Below are positions 7,133 through 16,903 of a stretch of DNA of 56,643 nt, one piece after another. A program made the translations under genes and the position numbers. How positions within the stretch are numbered: position 1 is the first letter of the stretch; every line of letters starts with the position of its first letter. The notes below the pieces were generated by a model. It did no database searches, was not told the origin of the DNA, and saw nothing but the letters and a program-made list of their open reading frames with translations. Origin of the DNA: Bacteroidetes bacterium MED-G20. Lineage in GTDB: Bacteria; Bacteroidota; Bacteroidia; Flavobacteriales_D; Parvicellaceae. The DNA is taken from positions 1 through 56,643 of the forward strand of contig NTKH01000001.1 in assembly GCA_002457645.1 (NCBI GenBank). Direction: 5' to 3'.

Positions 7133-9232
7133 ATGAAAGACCGTGTGCTCTCGGAGCAAATTTTAAAAGTGGTACAAACCCATCCAGAACACGCTTACAA
7201 TTATAAGCAAATTGCTGCCGTATTAGCAATAAAGGACCCTTTTATAAGAAAAAGAATTGTTACGCTTCTAAGTCAATTAGCTAAAAATGGAGTTTTAGTA
7301 GAGCTTTCAAGAGGAAAGTTTCAAATTAAAAGCAGTAATATTGAACATGAAGGTCATATACAAACTGTTAGTAAAGGTGGTGGTTACTTTATTTCTCCAA
7401 AAATTGAAAAAGATATTTATATTCATCCTTCCAACCTTAAAAATGCCTTAAATGGTGATAAAGTTTTAGTTAGAAGCACTCTTTTCAAAGGAAAAGAAGA
7501 GGGTCGCATTGTTAAAATTATAGAAAGAGTAAAAAAAGAATATATAGGAGTTATAGAAATTTCTCCCAACTTTAGTTTTTTTGTGCCTGACGACAGATCT
7601 GTAAAAACACACTTCTTCATTGAAAAAAAGCACCTAAATGGTGCAAAAAATGGACAAAAAGTAAAAGTTAAATTTCTTTCGTGGCCTAAAAATGCAAAAA
7701 GTCCTCAAGCAGCAGTTATTGAAATTATAGGTAACCCTGGAGAATTGAATGTGGAGATGAACTCTATACTTTCTGAATTTGGGTTCCCAACTAAGTTTCT
7801 TTCACCCATAATTAAAGATTTAGAAAAAATAGAGATTCCGAACTATGATAAAGAAGCTAAAAAAAGAAGAGACTTTAGAAATATAACCACCTTTACAATT
7901 GATCCAGTAGACGCCAAAGATTTTGACGATGCATTAAGTTTTAAAAAAATTGATGAAAAGATTATTGAAGTTGGAGTTCATATTGCTGATGTTGGTCATT
8001 TTGTAAAAGAAAAATCTATCATCGATAATGAGGCTTTTCAAAGAGGGAATAGTGTTTACTTAGTTGATCGAGTTATTCCTATGCTTCCAGAAAAATTAAG
8101 TAATGTTCTTTGCTCCTTGAGACCTAAAGAAGATAAGTTGACTTTTTCTGTAGTTTTTAAAATGTCGCTCAATGGAGAAATATTAGATACTTGGTTTGGA
8201 AAAACAGTTATCCACTCCAACCATAGGTTTAACTATGAGGATGTACAAGAAATTATCGAAGGTCAAAAGCATTCTTTATCAAATGAGCTAATTACTCTTA
8301 ACAATATAGCTAAAACTATTCGTTCTAAAAGACTAAATAATGGCGCCTTAAATATTGAAAGTTCTGAAGTAAGATTTCAGTTAAATGAAAAAGGTTTTCC
8401 GATTGGAACATTTATTAAAATATCTAAAGAAGCTCATCAGTTGATTGAGGAGTTTATGCTATTGGCTAACAAGTATGTAGCAATGAAAATGGGGAAGCCT
8501 CACAAAAATAAACTTATTACTCCTTTCATCTTCCGTGTACACGATGACCCTAACGAAGAAAAACTAAATGACTTGAAAATATATCTTCAATCAATGGGTT
8601 ATGAATTAATTAGAAAAAAAAACAAACCTATATCATTTTCTTTAAATGAGGTGATGAAAAAAGCTAAAGAAAAAAAGGAACTTCATTTAATTTCTCCCAT
8701 GGTCATTCGATCAATGTCTAAGGCTGTATATAGTTCAGATAATATTGGTCATTACGGGTTGTCATTTCAGTACTATACCCACTTTACATCTCCCATAAGA
8801 AGGTATGCGGATTTAATAGTTCATAGAAAATTATTTGAAACCCTAAGTGAAAAATCCGGATATTCTAAGGAGCAATTAGAACATACCTGCAACCATATTT
8901 CTAAAATGGAAAAGCAAGCAGTTGACGCTGAAAGAGCATCCATTAAGTATATGCAAGTATTATATCTAGGAGAAAAAATTGGGGAACAGTTTAATGGGAT
9001 GATAAATGGTTTAACAGACTGGGGAATGTATGTAGAATTAGATAAAAATAAGTGTGAAGGAATGATCCCTTTAAATAGTATTAAAGATGATCAATACTAT
9101 TATGATGATGAACAAAAACTTGTAATCGGACACAACTCCAGAAAAAGTTTTAAAATTGGTCAAGAAATAAAAGTAATTGTTAAAAAAGCTGATTTACACA
9201 AAAGACAAATTGATTTTAAACTGATTAATTAA
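7133..9232 (+). CDS. rnr: ribonuclease R
   Basis: 699 aa with an N-terminal HTH/cold-shock-like region, RNB catalytic motifs (FTIDPVDAKDFDDALS, YLVDRVIPMLPE, HYGL...YTHFTSPIRRYADL) and a C-terminal S1 domain. Confidence 0.95.
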   Translation: MKDRVLSEQILKVVQTHPEHAYNYKQIAAVLAIKDPFIRKRIVTLLSQLAKNGVLVELSRGKFQIKSSNIEHEGHIQTVSKGGGYFISPKIEKDIYIHPSNLKNALNGDKVLVRSTLFKGKEEGRIVKIIERVKKEYIGVIEISPNFSFFVPDDRSVKTHFFIEKKHLNGAKNGQKVKVKFLSWPKNAKSPQAAVIEIIGNPGELNVEMNSILSEFGFPTKFLSPIIKDLEKIEIPNYDKEAKKRRDFRNITTFTIDPVDAKDFDDALSFKKIDEKIIEVGVHIADVGHFVKEKSIIDNEAFQRGNSVYLVDRVIPMLPEKLSNVLCSLRPKEDKLTFSVVFKMSLNGEILDTWFGKTVIHSNHRFNYEDVQEIIEGQKHSLSNELITLNNIAKTIRSKRLNNGALNIESSEVRFQLNEKGFPIGTFIKISKEAHQLIEEFMLLANKYVAMKMGKPHKNKLITPFIFRVHDDPNEEKLNDLKIYLQSMGYELIRKKNKPISFSLNEVMKKAKEKKELHLISPMVIRSMSKAVYSSDNIGHYGLSFQYYTHFTSPIRRYADLIVHRKLFETLSEKSGYSKEQLEHTCNHISKMEKQAVDAERASIKYMQVLYLGEKIGEQFNGMINGLTDWGMYVELDKNKCEGMIPLNSIKDDQYYYDDEQKLVIGHNSRKSFKIGQEIKVIVKKADLHKRQIDFKLIN

Positions 9233-11297
9233 CCTTTATAAATGAATAAAAATTCACTTGGTTTCCTTGTGAGATTTTAATAGAGTAATACCCGTTATCT
9301 AAAAAAGAAGTGTTTATTACTGCGCGCTTCATATTAGACTCATTTTTCATTAGCACTTCTTTGCCCATCATATCTAGCACTTGTATCTTGGAAAAAGAAT
9401 TACTAGAAACAACATTCAAAATATCATTAGTTGGGTTAGGATAAATAGATATTTCACTTATAAAAGATTTCGAGACACCTGTAGTATTTTCATAAGAAAT
9501 ATTAATATTATCTATATATAAATTATTCCCCCCACCAGACTGAAATTCAAACTTAAATCTAAAATTTTGAACACACAAAGGGCCAATTATACTAGTCACG
9601 GTGGCTTCTTTCCATTCGCTGAAAGTAGGAATGAAATTATTTTGATCAGGTGCAGTGGTCAGTTGACTGTATTGAATAATTTTCCTAAGAGACCATGTTT
9701 TTCCACAATCATTAGAAGCTAATAACTTTAATACCTCATTATTAGAATTATTTTTTCTAGCAAATGCGTATTTAAAATTGAAAAATACCTTTGTAGAATC
9801 TGACAAATCAAAAGTTTTACTTTCTAGGATGTGTTTAGTCCCTTCAGCAACTCCATCATTTTCTAACTTTAAGCTGTAATTTCCATTATAAGCGGCCTCA
9901 TCAGTTATGCTCCAATTCCCCACATTAGAAATCCATTCAGGAGTATTAAAATTAATATTTTCAAAACCCTCATAATAAGGAAGTTGTTCTCCATTATAGT
10001 CCATTACAATAATAGCATCATTTTTAAGTTCCGTTAAGTAATTAGTACTGTCTCCCGTAGCAGTTAATGCAACATCAAAAACCCCGGGAAGTGGATAAGT
10101 TGCATAAGTGTTTTCTAAGATAGAAGAGTCTGGATTGGCTCCTTCAAAATGCCAATTCCAAGAAATGGGGTTATGATAAGAATAGTCTTGAAAATATAAG
10201 CTATCCCCTGTACAGGTAATATATCTGTTGGCAAAAAAGTCAGCCTTACAAAATGGAGCTGTAGTATCAATTCCGGTTGCAAAGTGATTTGCAGGTGTAA
10301 TTAGATTAGATCTTCCACCCGTACTTGAATTTAAAGCTGTTCTCATTCTTGCCTTTTGACCTAAAGTAAACATTTTTCTACATGGTGTATATTCCATGTG
10401 ATTTTCAATATTGGCAACTGATCCGCACGTAGTTTCATTATAATTGCACCACTGTGAACCTATGGTATTAGGGGTGTCAGCAACTCCATCATCTGATGAA
10501 CAGTTGGAAGCCAAACCAGGTTCATTAGTGCTTCCCCAGGTGTGTGGAAGATTTAACCAATGTCCCACTTCGTGAACAAAAGTTTTACTTGCAGACGGAT
10601 TAGCAGTTCCAATACTTCCACAATAGTCATGTCTTAGCCAAATACCGTTATTCATCGCATTACCAAAAAATCCGGATGGATAATAAGTGTATCCTGCGAT
10701 ACCAGTTCCTACAGAGCCACATACAAATACATTTAAGTATTGGTTCCCAGGCCAGTTCCCTTGAAATACATCGTTAGACATCATTACTGCATCAACCTGA
10801 TCAGACCCATTGATATCTCCGTTATTATAAGAGTATGGTGTCTCAGTCATGGTAATACCACTAAAACAAGTCCCATCAGGAGCTTTTGTAGCTAATACAA
10901 ATTCAACCTCAATATCTGCAATAAGTGGTTTAAATAAAGAATCTACCGTTGAGGTATCTGGTCTAAGAGCTCTTAAATCTATATTTAACTTTTCAAGGGC
11001 GTCAAGTACTTGGCTTCTATCAATTTTTTCAACCCCGTTATTATGGACAATATGAAAAACTACTGGAATTTTATGCAATACACTGCTTTTAGGAGCAGAA
11101 ATTTGATTGTTTGAAGAAAAAGATTTTTGCTCTTGATCATAATAGGCTTTAAAATCATCGTTTTTTAATAGCTCTTTTAATACTATATGTTGTCCGCAGC
11201 TATGTTGAGGAGATTGGGATAAGAAAGAGGGAGTTTGAAAAATAAAAATCGTAAATAAAAAGAATTGATAAACAGATTTTTTCATAATTGGCCTCAA
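9225..11297 (-). CDS. secreted zinc metalloprotease (M43 pappalysin/cytophagalysin-like) with beta-sandwich domains and a T9SS C-terminal sorting domain
   Basis: 690 aa with a signal peptide, the metzincin-type motif HEVGHWLNLPHTWG, a PKD-like segment and the C-terminal ISIYPNPTNDILNV...YSIKI CTD. Confidence 0.85.
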   Translation of the reverse strand: MRPIMKKSVYQFFLFTIFIFQTPSFLSQSPQHSCGQHIVLKELLKNDDFKAYYDQEQKSFSSNNQISAPKSSVLHKIPVVFHIVHNNGVEKIDRSQVLDALEKLNIDLRALRPDTSTVDSLFKPLIADIEVEFVLATKAPDGTCFSGITMTETPYSYNNGDINGSDQVDAVMMSNDVFQGNWPGNQYLNVFVCGSVGTGIAGYTYYPSGFFGNAMNNGIWLRHDYCGSIGTANPSASKTFVHEVGHWLNLPHTWGSTNEPGLASNCSSDDGVADTPNTIGSQWCNYNETTCGSVANIENHMEYTPCRKMFTLGQKARMRTALNSSTGGRSNLITPANHFATGIDTTAPFCKADFFANRYITCTGDSLYFQDYSYHNPISWNWHFEGANPDSSILENTYATYPLPGVFDVALTATGDSTNYLTELKNDAIIVMDYNGEQLPYYEGFENINFNTPEWISNVGNWSITDEAAYNGNYSLKLENDGVAEGTKHILESKTFDLSDSTKVFFNFKYAFARKNNSNNEVLKLLASNDCGKTWSLRKIIQYSQLTTAPDQNNFIPTFSEWKEATVTSIIGPLCVQNFRFKFEFQSGGGNNLYIDNINISYENTTGVSKSFISEISIYPNPTNDILNVVSSNSFSKIQVLDMMGKEVLMKNESNMKRAVINTSFLDNGYYSIKISQGNQVNFYSFIKVN

Positions 11298-11421
11298 TTT
11301 AAAAAAAACATTTGTTGAAAAGGTTTTTGTCTTGAATTTAAAATGTTAAAGACAAACAAATCTATAAAAAAGAAGAAAATGTGATTTATTTTTAATTGGT
11401 TAATTATTTTTCTTGAATATA

Positions 11422-12141
11422 TTAAGCAATTTGAATAAACTCTTCATCAATTAAAGCTTCCCCTTGAAATTTTCTAAAAAGCTGGATGGTCGCTACTACA
11501 TCTTTTTCGCAATATTGAATAATTCTATCTAAGTCTTTATCTTCATAAAATACTTTGGCAACTTGACTGCCATCCATATCATCTTTAGGAGTAGGAATAT
11601 TAAAGACATAAGTAAGCAAATCCAAAGAAGTATAATTTTTAAAATCGCCAAATTTCCATAGTTCCATAGTGTCTAGATGCTTTATCTCCCAAGGCTTTTT
11701 GCCAGAAACATTTAGAATATTTGGCATTTTTTTTTCATTTATTAGAATTCTTCTACATAAAAAAGGAATATCAAACTCTTTACCATTGTGAGCACAAAAC
11801 ATGAAATCTGGTGAGTTGTAATAACTATTGAGCAAATCTATAAACTCTTGTAATAAAATAGATTCCTCTTTATTTGCGATGCTTTTCAAACGAATTTGAG
11901 TTTCTCCCTCCTTTTGTAAGATGAACCCCATTGAAATACAAACTACTTTTCCAAACTCTGCATATATACCAGCTTTTTCATATACTTCTTCAGCATTTAA
12001 ATTTTCTCTTTCTTGAATAAATCTTGTTTTTCTATCCCACAAACCTTGTCCTCTTTCATCTAAATTTTTAAAATTATATTCTAAAGGAACTGTCTCAATA
12101 TCAAAGAATAGAATTTTACTGTAATTAATATTTTTAAGCAT
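11422..12141 (-). CDS. 3'-5' exonuclease, RNase H-like fold (PolB-exonuclease-related)
   Basis: 239 aa with FFDIETVP (Exo I), CAHNGKEFDIPFL (Exo II) and YCEKDVVAT (Exo III). Confidence 0.8.
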   Translation of the reverse strand: MLKNINYSKILFFDIETVPLEYNFKNLDERGQGLWDRKTRFIQERENLNAEEVYEKAGIYAEFGKVVCISMGFILQKEGETQIRLKSIANKEESILLQEFIDLLNSYYNSPDFMFCAHNGKEFDIPFLCRRILINEKKMPNILNVSGKKPWEIKHLDTMELWKFGDFKNYTSLDLLTYVFNIPTPKDDMDGSQVAKVFYEDKDLDRIIQYCEKDVVATIQLFRKFQGEALIDEEFIQIA

Positions 12142-12145
12142 TTTT

Positions 12146-12853
12146 TTAATTATTTATCAATTCTACCTTAAATATACTAGAGAAATTATTTTTAAATCTG
12201 TTTTTTAATTCATTCATATCTACTTCCCTACCCAACTCATTCTGTAAGGAAGTTACCGATTTATCTTCTATTCCACATGGAATAATATTATTAAAATAAC
12301 TTAAATCAGAATTAATATTAAAACCAATTCCATGCATAGTTACCCATCGGCTGCTTTTAACACCAATTGCACAAATTTTTCTATCAACCCCATTTTCATT
12401 CGCTACCCAAACTCCAGTAAGGCCATCAAGTCTTTTCGCAATTATTCCATAATCTTTCAAAGTCATCATCACTGACTCTTCTAAAAAACGAAGGTACTTG
12501 TGTATATCTGAAAAAAAATAGTCTAAATCTAATATAGGATAAACCACCAATTGCCCAGGACCATGGTAAGTAATATCTCCTCCTCTGTTGGTTTTAAAAA
12601 AAGTAACTTTTTTAACTTTCTGCTCCTTTTGATTAATCAATAAATTACTTTCATCTCCGCTCTTCCCTAAAGTGTATACGTGAGGATGCTCACAGAAGAT
12701 AAGATGATTTTTAGTACTTATTAATTTTTGAGGAGTTTTTCTGTTTCGAATTTTTAGCTGAACTGTTTCATCGAATAGCTTAGTCTGAAAGTCCCAACAC
12801 TTTTGGTACTCAATAAGACCTAAGTCCATAAAATGAACCCCAGTTAGGTTCAT
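12146..12853 (-). CDS. lipB: octanoyltransferase LipB
   Basis: 235 aa with RGGDITYHGPGQLVVYPILDL and KICAIGV motifs. Confidence 0.9.
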   Translation of the reverse strand: MNLTGVHFMDLGLIEYQKCWDFQTKLFDETVQLKIRNRKTPQKLISTKNHLIFCEHPHVYTLGKSGDESNLLINQKEQKVKKVTFFKTNRGGDITYHGPGQLVVYPILDLDYFFSDIHKYLRFLEESVMMTLKDYGIIAKRLDGLTGVWVANENGVDRKICAIGVKSSRWVTMHGIGFNINSDLSYFNNIIPCGIEDKSVTSLQNELGREVDMNELKNRFKNNFSSIFKVELINN

Positions 12854-13833
12854 ATTTTAGCCAATTCGGATTTTAGAAAATCGATTACTTTAACTTCAAC
12901 ATCATCTACTTTATGTAACTCTGCTAAATAAACTGAAATCCAATCTCCTAGTAGTATATGGTAGAATGTTTGAGCAAGAAACGTATCTCCTTTTGCATCA
13001 AATTCCAACACTGTAGATGTATATTTTTTAAAAATTTCTTTTGAAATATTAATTCTAACACTTGTTCTAGAGTGTTCAAATGAAGATCTGAAAATTAATA
13101 CAGCATATTCATCTTTTCCGCCTGCCCATCCAACTAACTCATTATGATTCATTTCTGGGAAAACATGTTCCCATCCTAAAGATTTAGAGTTCTCATTAAT
13201 TTGTTGTCTAAATCTTGTTATCACTCCTTCCAATGAAGCCTCAGAATAAGCAACTGTTGTTTTTTCAAATAAAGATTTAGCTGTTTTTTTAGCTGTAGAA
13301 ATTATATCATTTACCTCCAGATCAAGCAACTTTACAGTCTCTTTTGTATCATTTATAAAGTGATTGTTTATAAATCCATAATGATTAAATAAAAATAACT
13401 GCTGAATTACAGAGTATGTAAGCATGGCTCTTGGTGAAAAAGCAGTGGGTAAAACCAATAAATTATAGTTATTTTCTTTAGCAATTTGAGCTAGTTTACC
13501 TCCTGCAGTAATACATGCTATTTCTGCGTTAGCTTTTTGCGCAGCCTCTAGTGATTCAAGAGTTTCTTCTGTATTCCCGGAAAAACTAGAAACAATAACT
13601 AAAGTATTTTCATTGACAAATTTAGGCAAAGTATAATCGTTATTAATTACAGCTGGTATTTGCAATTGGTCTGCTACCAGCTGAGTAGCGATTTTTCCAC
13701 CAATTCCAGAGCCTCCTAACCCTGTGATAACTATATTATTAATAGTATTTTTTGGAGCAGTTAATTTGGCATTATTTCCAATTTCTAGAGCTTCAGTTAA
13801 TTGTGAGGTAAATTCTTTTACTAGTCTTCTCAT
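12850..13833 (-). CDS. SIS-domain protein, bifunctional phosphoglucose/phosphomannose isomerase family
   Basis: 327 aa with GLGGSGIGG, SFSGNTEET and a C-terminal bacterial-PGI-like domain. It overlaps lipB by 4 nt. Confidence 0.75.
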   Translation of the reverse strand: MRRLVKEFTSQLTEALEIGNNAKLTAPKNTINNIVITGLGGSGIGGKIATQLVADQLQIPAVINNDYTLPKFVNENTLVIVSSFSGNTEETLESLEAAQKANAEIACITAGGKLAQIAKENNYNLLVLPTAFSPRAMLTYSVIQQLFLFNHYGFINNHFINDTKETVKLLDLEVNDIISTAKKTAKSLFEKTTVAYSEASLEGVITRFRQQINENSKSLGWEHVFPEMNHNELVGWAGGKDEYAVLIFRSSFEHSRTSVRINISKEIFKKYTSTVLEFDAKGDTFLAQTFYHILLGDWISVYLAELHKVDDVEVKVIDFLKSELAKI

Positions 13834-13852
13834 TTTTTAAGTTTATGGAGTT

Positions 13853-14281
13853 TTATATGGTTGCTATACATTTTAATTCTATCGCTATTGGTGTTGGTAA
13901 TGAATCAATAGCCACAGTTGTTCGACAAGGTTGATTATCATTAAAATACTTTGCATAAATTTTATTAAACGTATGAAAATCTCTTTTCATATCTACTAAA
14001 AAGACTGTAATGTCTACTAAGTTTTCCCAAGATGATCCACTTTCTTCTAATATGATTTTAACATTTTGGAATACACTATGGCATTGCGCTTCAAAATCGA
14101 AAGATTTAAAATTTCCATTATGGTCTAAATCTAGACCAGGGACCATAGAATCATTTGCATCAGAATTTGCTTTTCTAGGGCCAACTCCAGAGAGAAATAA
14201 TAAATTACCTACTTTCCTAGCATGAGGATATAACCCTACTGGCTTAGGAGCATTTTCAGAGCTGATGGGAGAAGAATTCAT
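13853..14281 (-). CDS. RidA/YjgF-family deaminase
   Basis: 142 aa with LFLSGVGP...RTTVAIDSLP...IELKCIA, typical of the RidA family. Confidence 0.85.
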   Translation of the reverse strand: MNSSPISSENAPKPVGLYPHARKVGNLLFLSGVGPRKANSDANDSMVPGLDLDHNGNFKSFDFEAQCHSVFQNVKIILEESGSSWENLVDITVFLVDMKRDFHTFNKIYAKYFNDNQPCRTTVAIDSLPTPIAIELKCIATI

Positions 14282-14305
14282 AGTTGTCTCTATTTGAATG
14301 CAAAA

Positions 14306-15751
14306 CTAATCATAACTTATACAAACATTGGTTGTTTCAGAGAAAAAATTTAACGCGTATGTCCCACCTTCTCTTCCCACACCAGATTCTTTAACTCCGC
14401 CAAAAGGAGTTCTCAAGTCTCTAACTAACCAACAGTTTACCCAAACTATTCCAGATTGCAATGAATAAGACACTCTATTTGCTTTATTTAAATCTTTTGT
14501 CCAAACTGTAGCTGATAATCCATATTTAGTACTATTTGCGTACTTTAGAACTTCATCTTCATTGTCAAACGGGGTAAGAGTAACCACTGGACCAAAAATT
14601 TCTTCTTGATTGGTTGCGCAATTATAACTCAACCCTTCAAAAACTGTAGGCTCCACAAAATAACCATTTTCACACCTTCCTTTAGGAATAAATTGCTTTC
14701 CCCCACTTAGTAAAACACCTCCATCATCATGAGCAATTTGAATATGATTTAAAACTTTTTGCATATGATCATTAGAGACTAATGCCCCCATTTTAGTAGT
14801 ATTTTCTAATGGGTCGCCAATAGTTAAATTTTGGACTTTTTCTAAAAACTTTTTTTTAAAATTTTGATAAATTTTTCTTTCGATGAAAATTCTTGACCCA
14901 CACAAACATATCTGACCCTGATTAGAAAAAGAACTTAATACTGAGTTAGACACTGCTTTATCTAAATCACAATCTGCAAAAACTATATTGGGATTTTTTC
15001 CTCCCAACTCTAAACTAAGTTTCTTGAACATGGGCGCAGCAATAGCAGCAATTTTTCTTCCTGTATCTGTTCCTCCAGTAAATGAAATGGCTTTTATATT
15101 AGGATGTTTAGTGATTGGTTCTCCAACCTTTGGTCCAAGACCGTGAACAATGTTTAGAACCCCTTTAGGCAAGCCTGCTTCCTGACATATTTTTGAAAAT
15201 AAATATGCGGTCATAGGAGTTATTTCAGAAGGTTTTGCTACCACAGTATTTCCTGCAGCTAAAGCAGGAGCTATTTTCCAAGTAAATAAGTAAAGTGGTA
15301 AGTTCCATGGAGAAATACAACCAACTACTCCTAAGGGCTTTCTTAAGGTATAATTTATAGCCACTTGATTCATTAGGTGAGCATCAGAATTCTCATGTAA
15401 AATTGCTGTAGCAAAAAAGGACATGTTGGTTGCAGCTCTTGGAATATCAACTTTTTTGGCTAGAGCTAAAGGTTTGCCATTATCAATGCTTTCTGCTAAG
15501 GATAATTCATCTACTTGTTTGATAATTAAATTAGCTATTTTTAGAAGAATATCCGATCGATATTTAAGGGGTTTTACACTCCATAAAGGGAAAGCCTCCT
15601 GAGCTGCTTGATAGGCTGAATCAACGTCTTGTTCATCTGAATCTGGTATTGAGCCATATACTTCACCGATTGCAGGATTGTAATTTTCTAACCAATTATC
15701 TTCTTTTGGCTTAACAAGTTCACCATTAATATAGTTGTAAATTTTTTCCAT
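14306..15751 (-). CDS. NAD(P)-dependent aldehyde dehydrogenase (muconic-semialdehyde dehydrogenase-like)
   Basis: 481 aa with ALDH motifs (VAKPSEITP, ELGGKNP, catalytic Cys in GQICLCGSR, EEIFGPV). Confidence 0.9.
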   Translation of the reverse strand: MEKIYNYINGELVKPKEDNWLENYNPAIGEVYGSIPDSDEQDVDSAYQAAQEAFPLWSVKPLKYRSDILLKIANLIIKQVDELSLAESIDNGKPLALAKKVDIPRAATNMSFFATAILHENSDAHLMNQVAINYTLRKPLGVVGCISPWNLPLYLFTWKIAPALAAGNTVVAKPSEITPMTAYLFSKICQEAGLPKGVLNIVHGLGPKVGEPITKHPNIKAISFTGGTDTGRKIAAIAAPMFKKLSLELGGKNPNIVFADCDLDKAVSNSVLSSFSNQGQICLCGSRIFIERKIYQNFKKKFLEKVQNLTIGDPLENTTKMGALVSNDHMQKVLNHIQIAHDDGGVLLSGGKQFIPKGRCENGYFVEPTVFEGLSYNCATNQEEIFGPVVTLTPFDNEDEVLKYANSTKYGLSATVWTKDLNKANRVSYSLQSGIVWVNCWLVRDLRTPFGGVKESGVGREGGTYALNFFSETTNVCISYD

Positions 15752-15754
15752 TAA

Positions 15755-16000
15755 CTATTGACATCGGCTATAAGCCTTTTGAAATTTTAGTTGTTCAGAT
15801 TCTTGATTCTCTAGTTCTTTTAAAATTTCAATATACAAAACATTACATGAGTCAGTCCAGAAAAGTTGTTCTTGTTCCTCTTGAGCTCTATGAAGTTGTG
15901 TGTAGCAATTACATAGTTTTTCAGCCAAAGGATGTTTAGATTCACAAGAAAATAATAGCATCGTAAAAATTAGAAAAGAAAAATTCCTTAGCATATTCAA
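15755..16000 (-). CDS. small Cys-containing lipoprotein, unknown function
   Basis: 81 aa with lipobox LLFSC and four further Cys. Its start codon directly abuts the stop of the upstream ORF (16001). Confidence 0.55.
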   Translation of the reverse strand: MNMLRNFSFLIFTMLLFSCESKHPLAEKLCNCYTQLHRAQEEQEQLFWTDSCNVLYIEILKELENQESEQLKFQKAYSRCQ

Positions 16001-16903
16001 TTAAATTTTATTATAAAACTTTGATTTGAATTTAGTAATGGTTATTAAATTAGAAACCAAATCCTGAGATAAAATTGTTTTTAAAATTAAAGTTGAAGGT
16101 TCGTATAAAAGCTCTTTATGAATAATTCTTTCATTATTCTTATACTCATCCATAAATGTAACATTTCCCCATTCATCATAGTCATATTTAATCTCTTTTA
16201 TCGGTAATTTAATGGCTTCTTTGAAATATTGTATTGACTTTAAAAAACCCCTATCATTATAATGATAAAGCTCATATTTCGTTTTATTTGAAATCAACAA
16301 TTTAGTGGTTGATTTTGTTAAATATCCTAACATATCATAAAACTTTTTTTCTATCTTATAGGGTCTCCCATTACTATTTAAAGTAGTAACTATTTGAACA
16401 GAGTCTTGAAAAGAATACTGATAGGACTCCTCGAAAATAATATATCTCTCTTCTAATTTAAAATTCATTTTACTTTTAGAAGCGTTTTTTTCCCTAGAGT
16501 AAACTTGATTCACTAACCTTGAAGTAGAATCGTAGTTTTTAGTATAGGAGTAAAAACCATAAGAATCACTTACCCGCATAACAGAGTTTTTATTTTCTTT
16601 ATTGTATTCATAGAATGTAAAAACTGTATCCGTTTTACTTTTTGTATTATTTGATAGATAATGGATAATTAAGTTCCCTTTTTTGTTGAAAATATAGGCT
16701 TCTTTTTTACCTGATTTTTTAATGGCGCCCAATTCTTTTTTAGATGAAATGGTGCCTATTATAGATTTTAAATTTACAGACCTAATATATTTTTCATTAA
16801 AAAAAGGAGTTTCAGTAAAAAGGTTGGCCATTCCATTATTAATCATTTGGGCAGACGAACTAAAACTTATAAAAGAGAGAAATAATAAAATTAATCTTAT
16901 CAT
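16001..16903 (-). CDS. secreted hypothetical protein with YD/RHS-like repeat motifs
   Basis: 300 aa with a signal peptide and repeated Y-x-Y-D/N-x-x-G-N/F motifs (FNKKGNLIIHY, YHYNDRGFLKSIQY, IKYDYDEWGNVTFMDEY). Confidence 0.6.
   Translation of the reverse strand: MIRLILLFLSFISFSSSAQMINNGMANLFTETPFFNEKYIRSVNLKSIIGTISSKKELGAIKKSGKKEAYIFNKKGNLIIHYLSNNTKSKTDTVFTFYEYNKENKNSVMRVSDSYGFYSYTKNYDSTSRLVNQVYSREKNASKSKMNFKLEERYIIFEESYQYSFQDSVQIVTTLNSNGRPYKIEKKFYDMLGYLTKSTTKLLISNKTKYELYHYNDRGFLKSIQYFKEAIKLPIKEIKYDYDEWGNVTFMDEYKNNERIIHKELLYEPSTLILKTILSQDLVSNLITITKFKSKFYNKI

Noticed and set aside
11326-11356. Hairpin tttgtctt-N15-aagacaaa as a terminator after the 3'-5' exonuclease gene
   Set aside because: The stem is only 8 A/T-rich base pairs with a 15-nt loop. 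Such stems arise easily by chance at this base composition, so it is not strong enough to call.
11422-12141. PolB-exonuclease-like protein as part of a mobile or viral replication module
   Set aside because: It stands alone, without a polymerase, primase or terminal-protein gene, sits tightly between lipB and a protease gene, and has native composition. It matches the stand-alone bacterial 3'-5' exonuclease family.
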